DNA from: Diadema antillarum
Lineage: Eukaryota
Assembly: GCF_040938485.1 (NCBI RefSeq)
Contig: NW_027271069.1
Coordinates: 4,092,001-4,156,000, forward strand
Reading direction: 5' to 3'
DNA length: 64,000 nucleotides
Shown: piece by piece, positions 49,601-61,176 of the stretch
Layout: the number at the start of each line of letters is the position of its first letter
Numbering within the stretch: position 1 is the stretch's first letter
Translations under genes and position numbers: made by a program
Notes under the pieces: generated by a model
Databases searched by the model: none
What the model saw: the letters and a program-made list of their open reading frames with translations, nothing else
What the model was told of the DNA's origin: nothing

Positions 49601-52600
49601 TGTTATCTATTATAATTATGTCACAGGAAGACTTTAGAATACGCAGTAGAATACTATAATGAACCTGTCCCTAAAAGTATTTCAAATAATGCAGATAAAT
49701 TCTCACGCTCATTTAAATTTATGTGTGTGCTAATTTATATTTATATAAACACACTTTGTTCAGTCAATTCTGCCAAGGACAGCTCGTCAGCATTACGGTA
49801 GTTGGTTATGTTCATTTTTATCATATTTCATTGACCAGAATGACTCAAATCCAGACCTGCACTTTGTTGTGATCAACATCCATGGACGAATTAAGCTAGG
49901 CAATTACAAATTGGTATAGTGCAATGTGTTTTAATTTTTATTTGAAATTTTCCTTTCCATACCTGGCTTAATCAATTCTGCTAGGGGCAAGTCGTCGTCG
50001 TCGTCACCACTGTCGTCTTTGTCACTACCATGTTGTCTGGGCTGGGTTATGTGGTTCTTTCCTGAAAGAGTATGCAACAAATCACTCGAAAACAATGGCA
50101 ACTTTTAGAATGTTTTCTTCCAGCAAATCATAATACAAGCAGTTCGATAGGTTTGACCAAGCTCTAGTCTTTTATCATAATTATGCTCAGGAAGACTTTA
50201 GAATACGCAGTAGAATACTATAATGAACCTGTCCCTAAAAGTATTTTAAATAATGCAGATAAATTCTCACGTTCATTTAAATTTATGTGTGTGCTAATTT
50301 ATATTTATATAAACACACTTTGTTCAGTCAATTCTGCCAAGGGCAGCTCGTCAGCATTACGGTAGTTGGTTATGTTCATTTTTATCATATTTCATTGACC
50401 AGAATGACTCAAATCCAGACCTGCACTTTGTTGTGATCAACATCCATGGAAGATTTAAGCTAGGCAATTACAAATTGGTATAGTGCAATGTGTTTTAATT
50501 TTTATTTCAAATTTTCCTTTCCATACCTGGCTTAATCAATTCTGCTAGGGGCAAGTCGTCGTCGTCGTCACCACTGTCGTCTTTGTCACTACCATGTTGT
50601 CTGGGCTGGGTTATGTGGTTCTTTCCTGAAAGAGTATGCAACAAATCACTCGAAAACAATGGCAATTTTTAGAATGTTTTCTTCCAGCAAATCATAATAC
50701 AAGCAGTTCGATAGGTTTGACCAAGCTCTAGTCCTTTATCATAATTATGCTCTGGAAGAACTTCAGAATATGCAGTCAAAATAGTATAATGAACTTGTCC
50801 CTGATGTTAATGGAATTGAATATCTGTCAATGATTTTTTTTTTTTTTTTTAAAGAGGGAAATTACAAGCACGTTACTCTCTACCACTTTACCGTAGCTGG
50901 TTTTTTTTTTCTGTATATACCTGGCTTGATCAATACTGCTAGGGGCAAGTCATCGTTGTCGTCACTGCTGTCGTCTTTGTCACCACGATGAAGCACTGAT
51001 TCATTCTTGGCATCGGTAGTAGAAAGTTCCTTAAGTGGGCCTTCGAAAAGTTGTCTGGGCTGGGCTGTGTGGTTCATTTCTGAAAGAGTATATCAGAAGA
51101 GAAGTGTGTAAATAGATATTGGCAGAGTAGCACAACGTTAACCAAGGTACACAGACCATACGTGTTCTAATTGTTCAGGAAATTATTGCACTCGGTCCTT
51201 ACACATGTTATTGTTTGAACTATACAATTCTGGTTTTAACAATCAACTTTTTTGGATTCTTATTAAATTTCTTGTTCTACCATTTCAAATCTTATCTTTA
51301 CTTAACACTGGCCGATGACTTTTGTTTTGAACATATTAATTGTAATACTCACTTTACTCTCCTTATCAAGCTGTGACAACATCTCAGTCTCAGCTAGTTG
51401 TATTTCAAATTATTACAATCACATCAACACACCGAAGGTGACTGAGATTAGTTCCATTAATATTGAATCCTTTGTTTTCGTTATCCTATCATTTTAAAGA
51501 AATACATTGGTTGATATGGGATGCCCCAATACAATCTCGCACAAATCATTACAAACCTTGTTGGGTTGAATTAGCACGAGGAGACTCCTCTTCTTTTTCG
51601 ATGTAGGAGCTGGTACTTGGGGCTTCATCATCACTGCAGTCATCATCATAAATTTCCTCAGTGTCTATAATTGTCGCCTTCCAGATGTCCTTCCTCCTTT
51701 TACCACATTTCATTGCTATTGTATTCCCTGGTAGAGGAAGTCCGATACATTTCACCTCACTCAGTTTGACGACATTGCGGGATTTATCTCTTTTCCATTC
51801 CACATACATCAAGAGGTCAGTTTCAGGTCCAGGGTGAACACCACTGTCACCACTGACGTCTTTGTCACTACCATGTTGTCTGGGCTGGGTTATGTGGTTC
51901 TTTCCTGAAAGAGTATGCAACAAATCACTCGAAAACAATGGCAACTTTTAGAATGTTTTCTTCCAGCAAATCATAATACAAGCAGTTCGATAGGTTTGAC
52001 CAAGCTCTAGTCTTTTATCATAATTATGCTCAGGAAGACTTTAGAATACGCAGTAGAATACTATAATGAACCTGTCCCTGATAATGTAGAGTTGTAAAAA
52101 TGGAATTGAATATCCGTCAATGATTTTTTTTTTTTTAAAGAGGGAAATTACAAGCACGTTACTCTCTACCACTTTACCGTAGCTGGGTTTTTTTTCTGTA
52201 TATACCTGGCTTGATCAATACTGCTAGGGGCAAGTCATCGTTGTCGTCACTGCTGTCGTCTTTGTCACCACGATGAAGCACTGATTCATTCTTGGCATCG
52301 GTAGTAGAAAGTTCCTTAAGTGGGCCTTCGAAAAGTTGTCTGGGCTGGGCTGTGTGGTTCATTTCTGAAAGAGTATATCAGAAGAGAAGTGTGTAAATAA
52401 ATATTGGCAGAGTAGCACAACGTTAACCAAGGTACACAGACCATACGTGTTCTAATTGTTCAGGAAATTATTGCACTCGGTCCTTACACATGTTATTGTT
52501 CGAACTATACAATTCTGGTTTTAACAATCAACTTTTTTGGATTCTTATTAAATTTCTTGTTCTACCATTTCAAATCTTATTTTTACTTAACACTGGCCGA

Positions 52601-54490
52601 TGACTTTTGTTTTGAACATATTAATTGTAATACTCACTTTACTCTCCTTATCAAGCTGTGACAACATCTCAGTCTCAGCTAGTTGTATTTCAAATTATGA
52701 CAATCACATCAACACACCGAAGGTGACTGAGATTAGTTCCATTAATATTGAATCCTTTGTTTTCGTTATCCTATCATTTTAAAGAAATACATTGGTTGAT
52801 ATGGGATGCCCCAATACAATCTCGCACAAATCATTACAAACCTTGTTGGGTTGAATTAGCACGAGGAGACTCCTCTTCTTTTTCGATGTAGGAGCTGGTA
52901 CTTGGGGCTTCATCATCACTGCAGTCATCATCATAAATTTCCTCAGTGTCTATAATTGTCGCCTTCCAGATGTCCTTCCTCCTTTTACCACATTTCATTT
53001 CTATTGTATTCCCTGGTAGAGGAAGTCCGATACATTTCACCTCACTCAGTTTGACGACATTGCGGGATTTATCTCTTTTCCATTCCACATACATCAAGAG
53101 GTCAGTTTCAGGTCCAGGGTGAACACCACTGTCACCACTGACGTCTTTGTCACTACCATGTTGTCTGGGCTGGGTTATGTGGTTCTTTCCTGAAAGAGTA
53201 TGCAACAAATCACTAAAAACACACAGGCAATTTTTAGAATGTTTTGTTTCAGCAAATTATAATACAAGCAGTTCGACAGGTTTGACCAAGCTCTAGTCCT
53301 TTATTTTAATCATGCTCAGGAAGACTTTAGAATATGCAGTAATAATGGTATAATGAACTTGTCCCTGATAATGTAGATTAAATGAACTTTCAATTTCACG
53401 CTCACTTATCTCTACATAAGTGCTAATTTATGTATATTACACACCCTGTTTAGTAAATTCTACCAAAGGGCAACTCATCAGCATTACGGAAGTTGGCTAT
53501 GTTTATTTATACATTAAATTTTAATTGACGAGATCGACTCCAATCCTGCAATTCGTTGTAATCAACATACCTTGAAGAATTAAGCTAGGTAATTTAAAAA
53601 TGGAATTGCATATCTGTCAATGATTTTTTTTTTTTTTTTTTTAAGAGGGAATTTACAAACACGTTACTCTCTACCACTTTACCGTAGCTGGGGTTTTTTC
53701 TGTATATACCTGGCTTAATCAATACTGCTAGGGGCAAGTCATCGTCGTCGTCACTGCTGTCGTCTTTGTCACCACGATGAAGCACTGATTCATTCTTGGC
53801 ATCGGTAGTACAAGGTTCCCTAAGTGGGCCTTCGAAAAGTTGGCTGGGCTGGGCTGTGTGGTTCATTTCTGAAAGAATATGCAATAAATCACTAAAAACA
53901 CTGGCAATATTTAGAATGTTTTCTCTCAGCAAGTTATAATACAAGCAGTTTGATAGGTTTCACCAAGCTCTAGTCCTTTATTATAATTATGCTCAGGCAG
54001 ACTTGAGAATGTGCAAGTAAAAATAGCGGGATTTATTACTTTTCCATTCAACATACATCAACAAGTCAGTTTCAGGTCCAGGGTGAACTGGATGAGTGAA
54101 ACATACAAGTATTTGAGTACTTTTAGAGTACGGTAATTGGGTTAATAGTTTCTGCCAAACTTCATTTCAGTTATTTGCTCTAAAATTAATAGATATTAAT
54201 CTGCATTCATGCCAAGGAATAAACACATAGATATTCCGTTTAACTTTAAATTACATTTAGCCACTTAGCTGCATACTAAAGTACATCACAAATGTTATAA
54301 ATATTACAAAATTATTACAAATTAAAAGACGGAGCGAATAGCATTCTTATACATCATGACATGGAAATGTCATATAACATTCCCCTCCCCTAACATTTGA
54401 AATTGAATATATCCGGCAACAAACGATGGATCAATTTTAAATGGCATTTTCACCCTTACCATCAGACTTGTTCTCCAGAGGCCCTTCCAT
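42705..54490 (-). CDS. Predicted full multi-exon transposase gene (14 coding exons, ~1304 aa)
   Basis: Exons: 54490-54460, 53868-53710, 53189-52842, 52364-52206, 51904-51557, 51079-50921, 50625-50527, 50061-49963, 49495-49367, 48554-48423, 47399-47206, 46580-46404, 45417-45301 and 44468-42705. All are GT-AG, phases match, and the total is 3915 nt with no internal stop. Confidence 0.65.
44805..45130 (-). mobile_element. Degenerate L2-type LINE 3' fragment in a transposase intron
   Basis: Remnant STVWNNL..FK..KTHFF and an (ATT/ATC)n tail at ~44805-44828. Confidence 0.55.
46420..46580 (-). repeat. 63-bp coding minisatellite (~2.6 units)
   Basis: Unit encodes QQDPEVSLNHADFERERSDRE and lies inside exon 46580-46404. 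Confidence 0.9.
47780..54090 (-). repeat. Complex tandem array of exon+intron units
   Basis: Periods of ~940 bp (D exons), 564 bp (A exons) and 1285 bp (B+C pairs, near-identical). The intron motif aagcagttcgataggtttgaccaagctctagtc is shared across units. Confidence 0.92.
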
Positions 54491-56239
54491 GCTGACGTCT
54501 ATATGATTGTACTGTGAGGCTTCCAGTAACAGTTAAATGGTGTCCTAAAATGATTTAAGAGGATACAGATACAGAAGATTTACATATATTTGATATTTTA
54601 TATGGAATTCACGAGCCCACTGTAAATCTGAAAATGGTATAGATCTAAGGGTTGTCCAAAAGGTCAAGTAAAGAGGGTAGTTTTCAGGGCAGCTGGACAT
54701 GTCATGTACGCAACGTGAATACTGAAAACGGTATGAAATTCAGTCATAATGGCTGTCCAAAAAATTGTATATTTTTGTGCTGTTACGTACTTACGGTCCA
54801 CTCCAGTGTCATTTTTTGTTTTGTTAAATGCAAATGGACAAATGGATGGGTTTACGCAATGCAAATGACGTTTTTTTAGAAAAATAGAATGGTGTTCCAC
54901 GTCTAGATAGAGATCTAGACAAACTCAAACTACAGTATATCTAAAGACTTAGCATATTATTGAGGTAGTGGCTATTCTTGCGACGAGTCATCGCTCGCAC
55001 AGCCACTGACTTAGCCACAGTCGGTATTTTGTGTATCGCGAGATAGCTAGCGATAGACGAGTCTACTTGTCTAGTCTCTAGTAGAGGCATAGATCAATCT
55101 ACTCGTGAAATAGGCCCCATCACTACAAATACATATGATATGGGACCTTACATGCTGATCGATCATAACTCTCTATATCAAATTACTGATCGCGCTCAGA
55201 ACCAACAGATGTGAATTGTACAGACTACAGCTAGGGCCTACAGGATTTATACGGCAGTGGGGCTGGTGAGCACAGTATCATAGATCTACTCGTGTTTACG
55301 ACCCCACCAAACGGCGTTTGCGCGCTGTTACCACATTGGTGGGGCTGATATCCACCGTGCATCTTTTATATAACCCTAAACCTAACCTATCAATATGTCG
55401 CGATTTCCTTAACCCTCGGCCTTGAATCAGTCTCCTACATGTATATCAGGATTTCCCCAACCCTACCTAGGCCGTGAGTCTGCCTCCTTATCGCGATCTT
55501 CCTAACCCTAGGCCGTGAATCTGTCTCTTATATCGCGATGATCGATTCAAGTAATGGGGCCGGAAACACGATTTTGCCTCTCTAACGTTAGAATCTAGAA
55601 ATATTACCTAACGCTAGATCTAGATTTTACACAAAATAATGAATGGGGCTGTGCGAGTGACGTGACAATGTAGGACTTAAGTTCGAAGCCGATATCGACC
55701 CTACCCGTGATCCGATCTCGCTCAAAATTTGGAAGACTGACTTGATGTTTGAGAACATTTCCTGCGAGTGTAACTTATTTAGATCTAGATCTAACCACTA
55801 GTGTTATGTTAGGTCTATCTAGAGTCGAGCCTCTAAATGTTAGGTCTAGAAATTTCGTGAAATTCTACTCGGGAGAACATATATTATGAGCATGGATACG
55901 AAACTAAATTAGCGCCCAAACTAACATCTAGATCTAGGGTCTATACATATCTATACATATCTAGACCTTTTCTATATTCTATAATATTAAAATTATAGAC
56001 CAGATCTAACTTTAGTCTCAGACTAGATTATAGTCTAGGTCTATCTAACTACTTACTAACTTAGATCTAGAGTTTCTAGATCGAGGTCCAGCAAATCTAA
56101 ATTGTAAGTAATCCTATGAGAATCATGCTGCTAATTCTACAAAAAAAACAACCCAACAGCAATTAAAATAGTGTTAACATAAAGTCGTCTAACTTAATTA
56201 GATCGGCATTATCGTGAAATAAGTCCCCAGTCCATTCAC

Positions 56240-56700
56240 TGCCGTTTATTTCGTCAGTGCTGTTGCCCGTTACCCTCTCCCATCGACTTTGTATACGGAG
56301 CGAGCGCACGAGCGAGGTGAGTGGTGGCTGATTTCACGATTTGGCCCTTAGATCGATCTAGATCTACTAAGGTTTATCCTTACCATTTTTCCGATTCGTC
56401 TGAACTCTGACGTTCGTCGTCGATCACGGGTAGATCTACGGAGTATGAGATAGTTGACGTCCTTCAATTCAGCAGTCCAATGCAATTAATGATATCATAT
56501 TGAAGTCAATTTTAATACCGGTAGACTCTGCGTACTAACCGTACCCATTATGCATACTGTACATGTACATGGCATATTGAGCATGCAGCCGATGCGCTAG
56601 CTCATCTCAGGCGGCGCGCGCGCGCGCGTCAGTACAGTTAGAACGACGATAACGCCTTTTCACTTGTCAGGACGCATTGCAAGCGAAATTACGAGAAAGC
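56240..56700 (-). promoter_or_regulatory. CpG-rich candidate promoter and first exon of the element's gene
   Basis: CpG-rich stretch just inside the right end, including ggcgcgcgcgcgcgcg. The exon ends gaaaaATG|GTAAGG (ATG 56386-56384). Confidence 0.45.
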
Positions 56701-57403
56701 GTTATGTGGTTGTGCATGAACGATAACCCCTTTATGCTTCTCGTACCATGCTTTAGGCAAGAGAAGCGAAAGAGCGCATTCACGTTAACCCCTTTTTGCT
56801 ACCACAAAGACGTGCATACGGCACGTTATCGCCTTTTTCTTTTGGGATTTTTTACAAAATTAGATCGAATTTGACATATCTGTTGATATGAAAATGTAGC
56901 TCATGCCATCTGCTTTCGAATGACAAATTTTTATTTTCTTGGAAAATTTGAGCCCGAAGGTGCGCTAACCCCTTTTTCCATTGAGCCGACGCAATATTTC
57001 ATCTGGCAAACTTTTTTGTTTTTCTGTGCTTTACCCTCACTTTAGTTGCAAGTTGGAAAATATATTAAAAAGCGTTGAACAAACTCAATAATAATCTAAA
57101 ATTCAGAGAGCATTTTTTACTTCTCAATACTAAACCACTAAATACATGTAAAAGAATTAACTTTAGAGTTGACTCTATACAATTAAATTTCAGAGCACAA
57201 TTTTGTTAATATACAAGTTGACTGATCGAACAATAAGCCCAATCCTGTTGAAATCATCAGTGTTGACCATGATGAATTTCCGACCGATTTGGCACATTGT
57301 TGCTACCCTCCAATGTAACACGCGAAAACAAAAGCAGTTACCCTCGGGTAAAATGAAGACGGATTAATATACGACGTTCGCATGCTCTTTTATGGTGGTA
57401 TTA

Positions 57404-57792
57404 ATGGTTTATTGCCACTTGGTCTAATATCAGATGGTCTACTTCCCAGTACGTCTAACACCACTACGACTAAACTCATTTGGTCTACTATCAATTTCGT
57501 CTTATGCGCGTTTGGTCTAATCCTCACTTGGTCTGATGTTCAGTTTGGCTGATTATCGTTTCGTCTAATGACCATGTTTATGGTCTAATCGCAATTTTGT
57601 CTCCTTGGATTTTTTCCCAATAAACTGTGGGTAATAGCTAGACGAAATGGGCATAGCCCAACTGGAAGTAGACCAACTGGTAATGAGGCTAAGTGGCAAT
57701 TGGACATGTAGACGAAACAGGATTAGACCGTGTGGGTTGAGACTAACTGGCTATTAGACGATTTGGGAGTAGACCAAGTGATAGAATACCGT
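57404..57792. mobile_element. Foldback MITE of ttggtcta / tagaccaa units
   Basis: Direct units on the left and inverted units on the right. Ends ..cacttggtcta / tagaccaagtg.. Confidence 0.65.
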
Positions 57793-57952
57793 ACTAATAG
57801 TTACAAAACCTTGCTCGTGTAGAGTCGTATTGGTAATACGCAAGAAGGAATAATTTCGTAAAGCTGCAACTACAATGACAAATAACATTGCACTATTTGC
57901 AGCTGGACAACAAGAGAATATACACTCAGATAGCGACTTCCTGCATTCTCAC

Positions 57953-60900
57953 CAGTACTGCTGTGGTCAACGTCGGCTTGGTAAGGACTGCGGCCCACGA
58001 TGTCGAACAAGATTCTTCCAAGAGAGCGCTTTGATAGGTTCTGTTTGATGAAGGATAGACATATAATTCAGAGCAATTAAGGGCTGCTTTCACACGGCTG
58101 CAAAAACGTGGTTGCAATCACAATTACGACTGAATTTCCCGACAATGAGGGCACAATTCTATTTTTAAGAGAAGAAACGGAGAACAATTGGTATTCCCTT
58201 CAATCTTATCAAATGTTTGCAGTCAATTACTATACTGCAGACTAATTAAAATTATACGCCAAAAAACACGGTAACGGTGATTTGTCGCAAATAAACTCAT
58301 AACACAAGTAGCATTTCAAAGATTATGAGTCCCAATATTCTCAAGCGGGTACACACACGAACATACCAACATACACACACATATATACACACATTTATAA
58401 ATTATGTACATATGTATTACGTACATACATAATGACATATATTTGGGATGTATATACACATGGATTTATAGGCATACAAAATAAAAACGGATGTTTCTTG
58501 ATTATTTGTTGAAAAACAAGTAAGCAAGAATTGGATCCAGCAACAAATAGCAATTGTTGCATGATAGGAAATGAAAAAGAAAAAATTGATGGATGAAACT
58601 GCAACTCCTCCCATAATTCATCCAATTATCCTTCGTTGCGAAGTAGCCGTGAGAGTACGTTGTCATTGGCACTTGCCGTCACCCTAATTTAATAGGAATT
58701 CCTTATCCTCCTAATCTGATTTCTCTCCTTTACTTTCTACATTATAATGGCAATCTCACCATTTCTCGAACCCGACCAAGCAGTAGTATGACATCACCCA
58801 ACTCGTCCTCTAGAGACGACAGTCGAAAACGTTCTGACTCTATCGCCTTCACGTCTTCGACAAATCGACCCCGGTCCTCATCTCTTCCACGAATCTCGGC
58901 TGCTAGTTCCGATTGAAGCTGGAAGGTTGTCCAAAATGAGAAAATGTTGCAATTAGAACAGAAAATGCCAGCTATTAAAAATATGGTTCGCCTGTCCTCT
59001 TTGGTGATTTGTTTATTTGATACACAGCGATATAATATCTGTAAATGAAAGTTTTATCCTGCATGTCAGGGACATATGGAAAGGTTGTCTCTTTTAATAC
59101 ACACAGAACACGCGCGCGCGCACCCTGTGTTATAACCTATGGAGACGCACAAGCAAAACCCGACTTACTGTCATTAATGGAAAAATATCATAAAGTAAGT
59201 AATGTCCGTGGACTTGTGGCTAGCGGTTTTCTAGTCTTAGGACATTTTTCTGTAGAATACTAAAATTAGAAGATAAATGGACTTCTAATAACGTCGGACT
59301 GGCTGCTCAAAAACAGCTTTGTGAGTTCACTTCAGAATAACTGCCCCATAGGATTGTACACACTTCCTGAAGTGTTCGCCGTGTGATGCAGTGATACCTC
59401 CCTATTTGAAAGGCTGTATCTCCGCAACCGAATGGCACATGAAGCTGTGGCTTCGACCATATTACGCGCCAAAAAATTCTCTATCATATATGTCAAACTC
59501 ATTGTGATTGGATTGTAGGTCTTGTCGGAATTGGCAAAAAACTGAGAAGGTCCCGTCCTCAATCCAATCACAATCGGCGACTCAGAGAAGCTCATTATCA
59601 TATGAAACATGACGTCACTGTTTATTTGTGGCTGCATTTGGACGAGTTATGATTTCATATACCGTGAGTTATAACGTAAATTGGATATGTATTTCTCATT
59701 TCTAAGTTTCCTGAAGTCAGCGGTGAACCCTTGTATTAACTGACCACCTACTGTACCAGTTATGACTTTATATGTTGCTGAGAAGATATAGAAAACGGGA
59801 ATTTTCTTCTTCGATGATGTTCGATGATCATATCTTTCTCGGCAAGCGCATATACGCAGAGTGCACCATTGTGTAATGGGGGTGAACGTGCCCAGGTAAC
59901 AACGAGTGGAGCATGAAGCACAGTGCAGTGCAGTGCCGGTGGAACTTGCAGTGGTCAACATTCCAACATGATTGTGAATCTACACTACATCAGCTTTCAG
60001 TTTCTATTTGTGCATCTTATAGAGTGTACTTGGGTTTTGCTATTAATTTACTGAAGTTGCTGCACATGACCAGAAAGCGACGTCTGTCAGCAATATAAGA
60101 TTGATACCTCAGTGAGTGTGCGCGTATATGTGTGTGTGTGTGTGTGAGTGTGTGGTCAGTTAAAAAGCAGATAATGTAAACAATTTCATGAAAAGCATGT
60201 AATTCATGTTGTCAATGTAGATTTAACCCATATAATGCTATGTTTATGACTGCCCCTATGTTGTTTCTGCAGCATTTTACCCATATTCGACAATGGACCA
60301 GTCCGTATCACTGCTGTGTGCACGACGTGTGTGGCAGACCGTGTAGGCTCATGAATAATTCAAAGCGTGCACCTTGGCGTTCTGTGTGTGCGGGCAGCGT
60401 GCACTCTCAGCTGTAGAATGATTTTAGTAGACTTTTGGCCAAAAACCTTTCCATATGATGTCTCACCTCCCTGTTCATATTCTTCAATATAAAATCCATG
60501 CGAGATACACCAGTGTTACCTCCAAACACTAGCGGCATTGAAAAAGATGACAATATAGATGATATTGTAATAAAGATAATCTTGATATTAAAAAAAATAA
60601 TTGAAATGATAAGGAGGAACAGGTGGCAAGTAGAAAATAACGCCAACAACCATAACAATCAAAAGGAACATTACATAGATATTTTCGATATTTTCATTTT
60701 AGAATAAAGTGATTGAAAAATACAAAAGATGAATGACCCTTCAACAGCCATCTCCTCAACCCCTCCCCCCCCCCAAAAAAAAAAATAAAAATAAAAAACG
60801 GCCTGAGATTGGCGTAATTCATACTTTCATATTTCGACACAGTGGACAGGATGAGAGGTTCAGCGCTCTAAAATCACTGCCTGGAGTCAATATAGCATTA

Positions 60901-61145
60901 ACACATAGGGTAAACAAGCGGTTATTGTCATTAACTCACGGCTAATTTAGTCGGTACAAAGAACGCATTTCGTGACTCACGTTTTGCTCGCAGGCAACGC
61001 AATTCTCAATCTCTGTCGCTTCTAAATCATTAGACTGTGATCATGGGGAGAGTCGGGAATTATTTTTCGAGGCAGTAATTCCATAGAAGAGACAATGAAC
61101 ACGTAGGCCATATTATTAATATTATTATTATTATCATTATTATTA

Positions 61146-61176
<31 letters not shown>

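Larger units (their letters stand above)
36525..57006 (-). mobile_element. Putative giant (~20.5 kb) Sola-like DNA transposon
   Basis: Inverted ends cagatgaaata..cgtcgcctcaatggaaaaaggggttaacgca (~36525-36569) and tgcgctaacccctttttccattgagccgacg..tatttcatctg (~56961-57005). The aaaaaggggttaac motif recurs subterminally at both ends, and a transposase lies inside. Exact termini and TSD were not resolved. Confidence 0.6.

Noticed and set aside
51315-52782. Duplicated plus-strand 60-aa ORFs with signal-peptide-like starts (MTFVLNILIVIL..)
   Set aside because: They begin at a non-ATG in AT-rich duplicated intron sequence, so the duplication follows from the array. A lipoprotein-like look is expected by chance.
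58653-58915. Plus-strand Ser/Arg-rich frame (RPRSSSLP)
   Set aside because: Better explained as the antisense of host exon 58918-58760, which has strong splice sites and phase continuity.
59332-59637. 101-aa minus ORF with a nearby DGTF (MULE-like) motif in another frame
   Set aside because: One short motif only, with no further transposase or RT signature.
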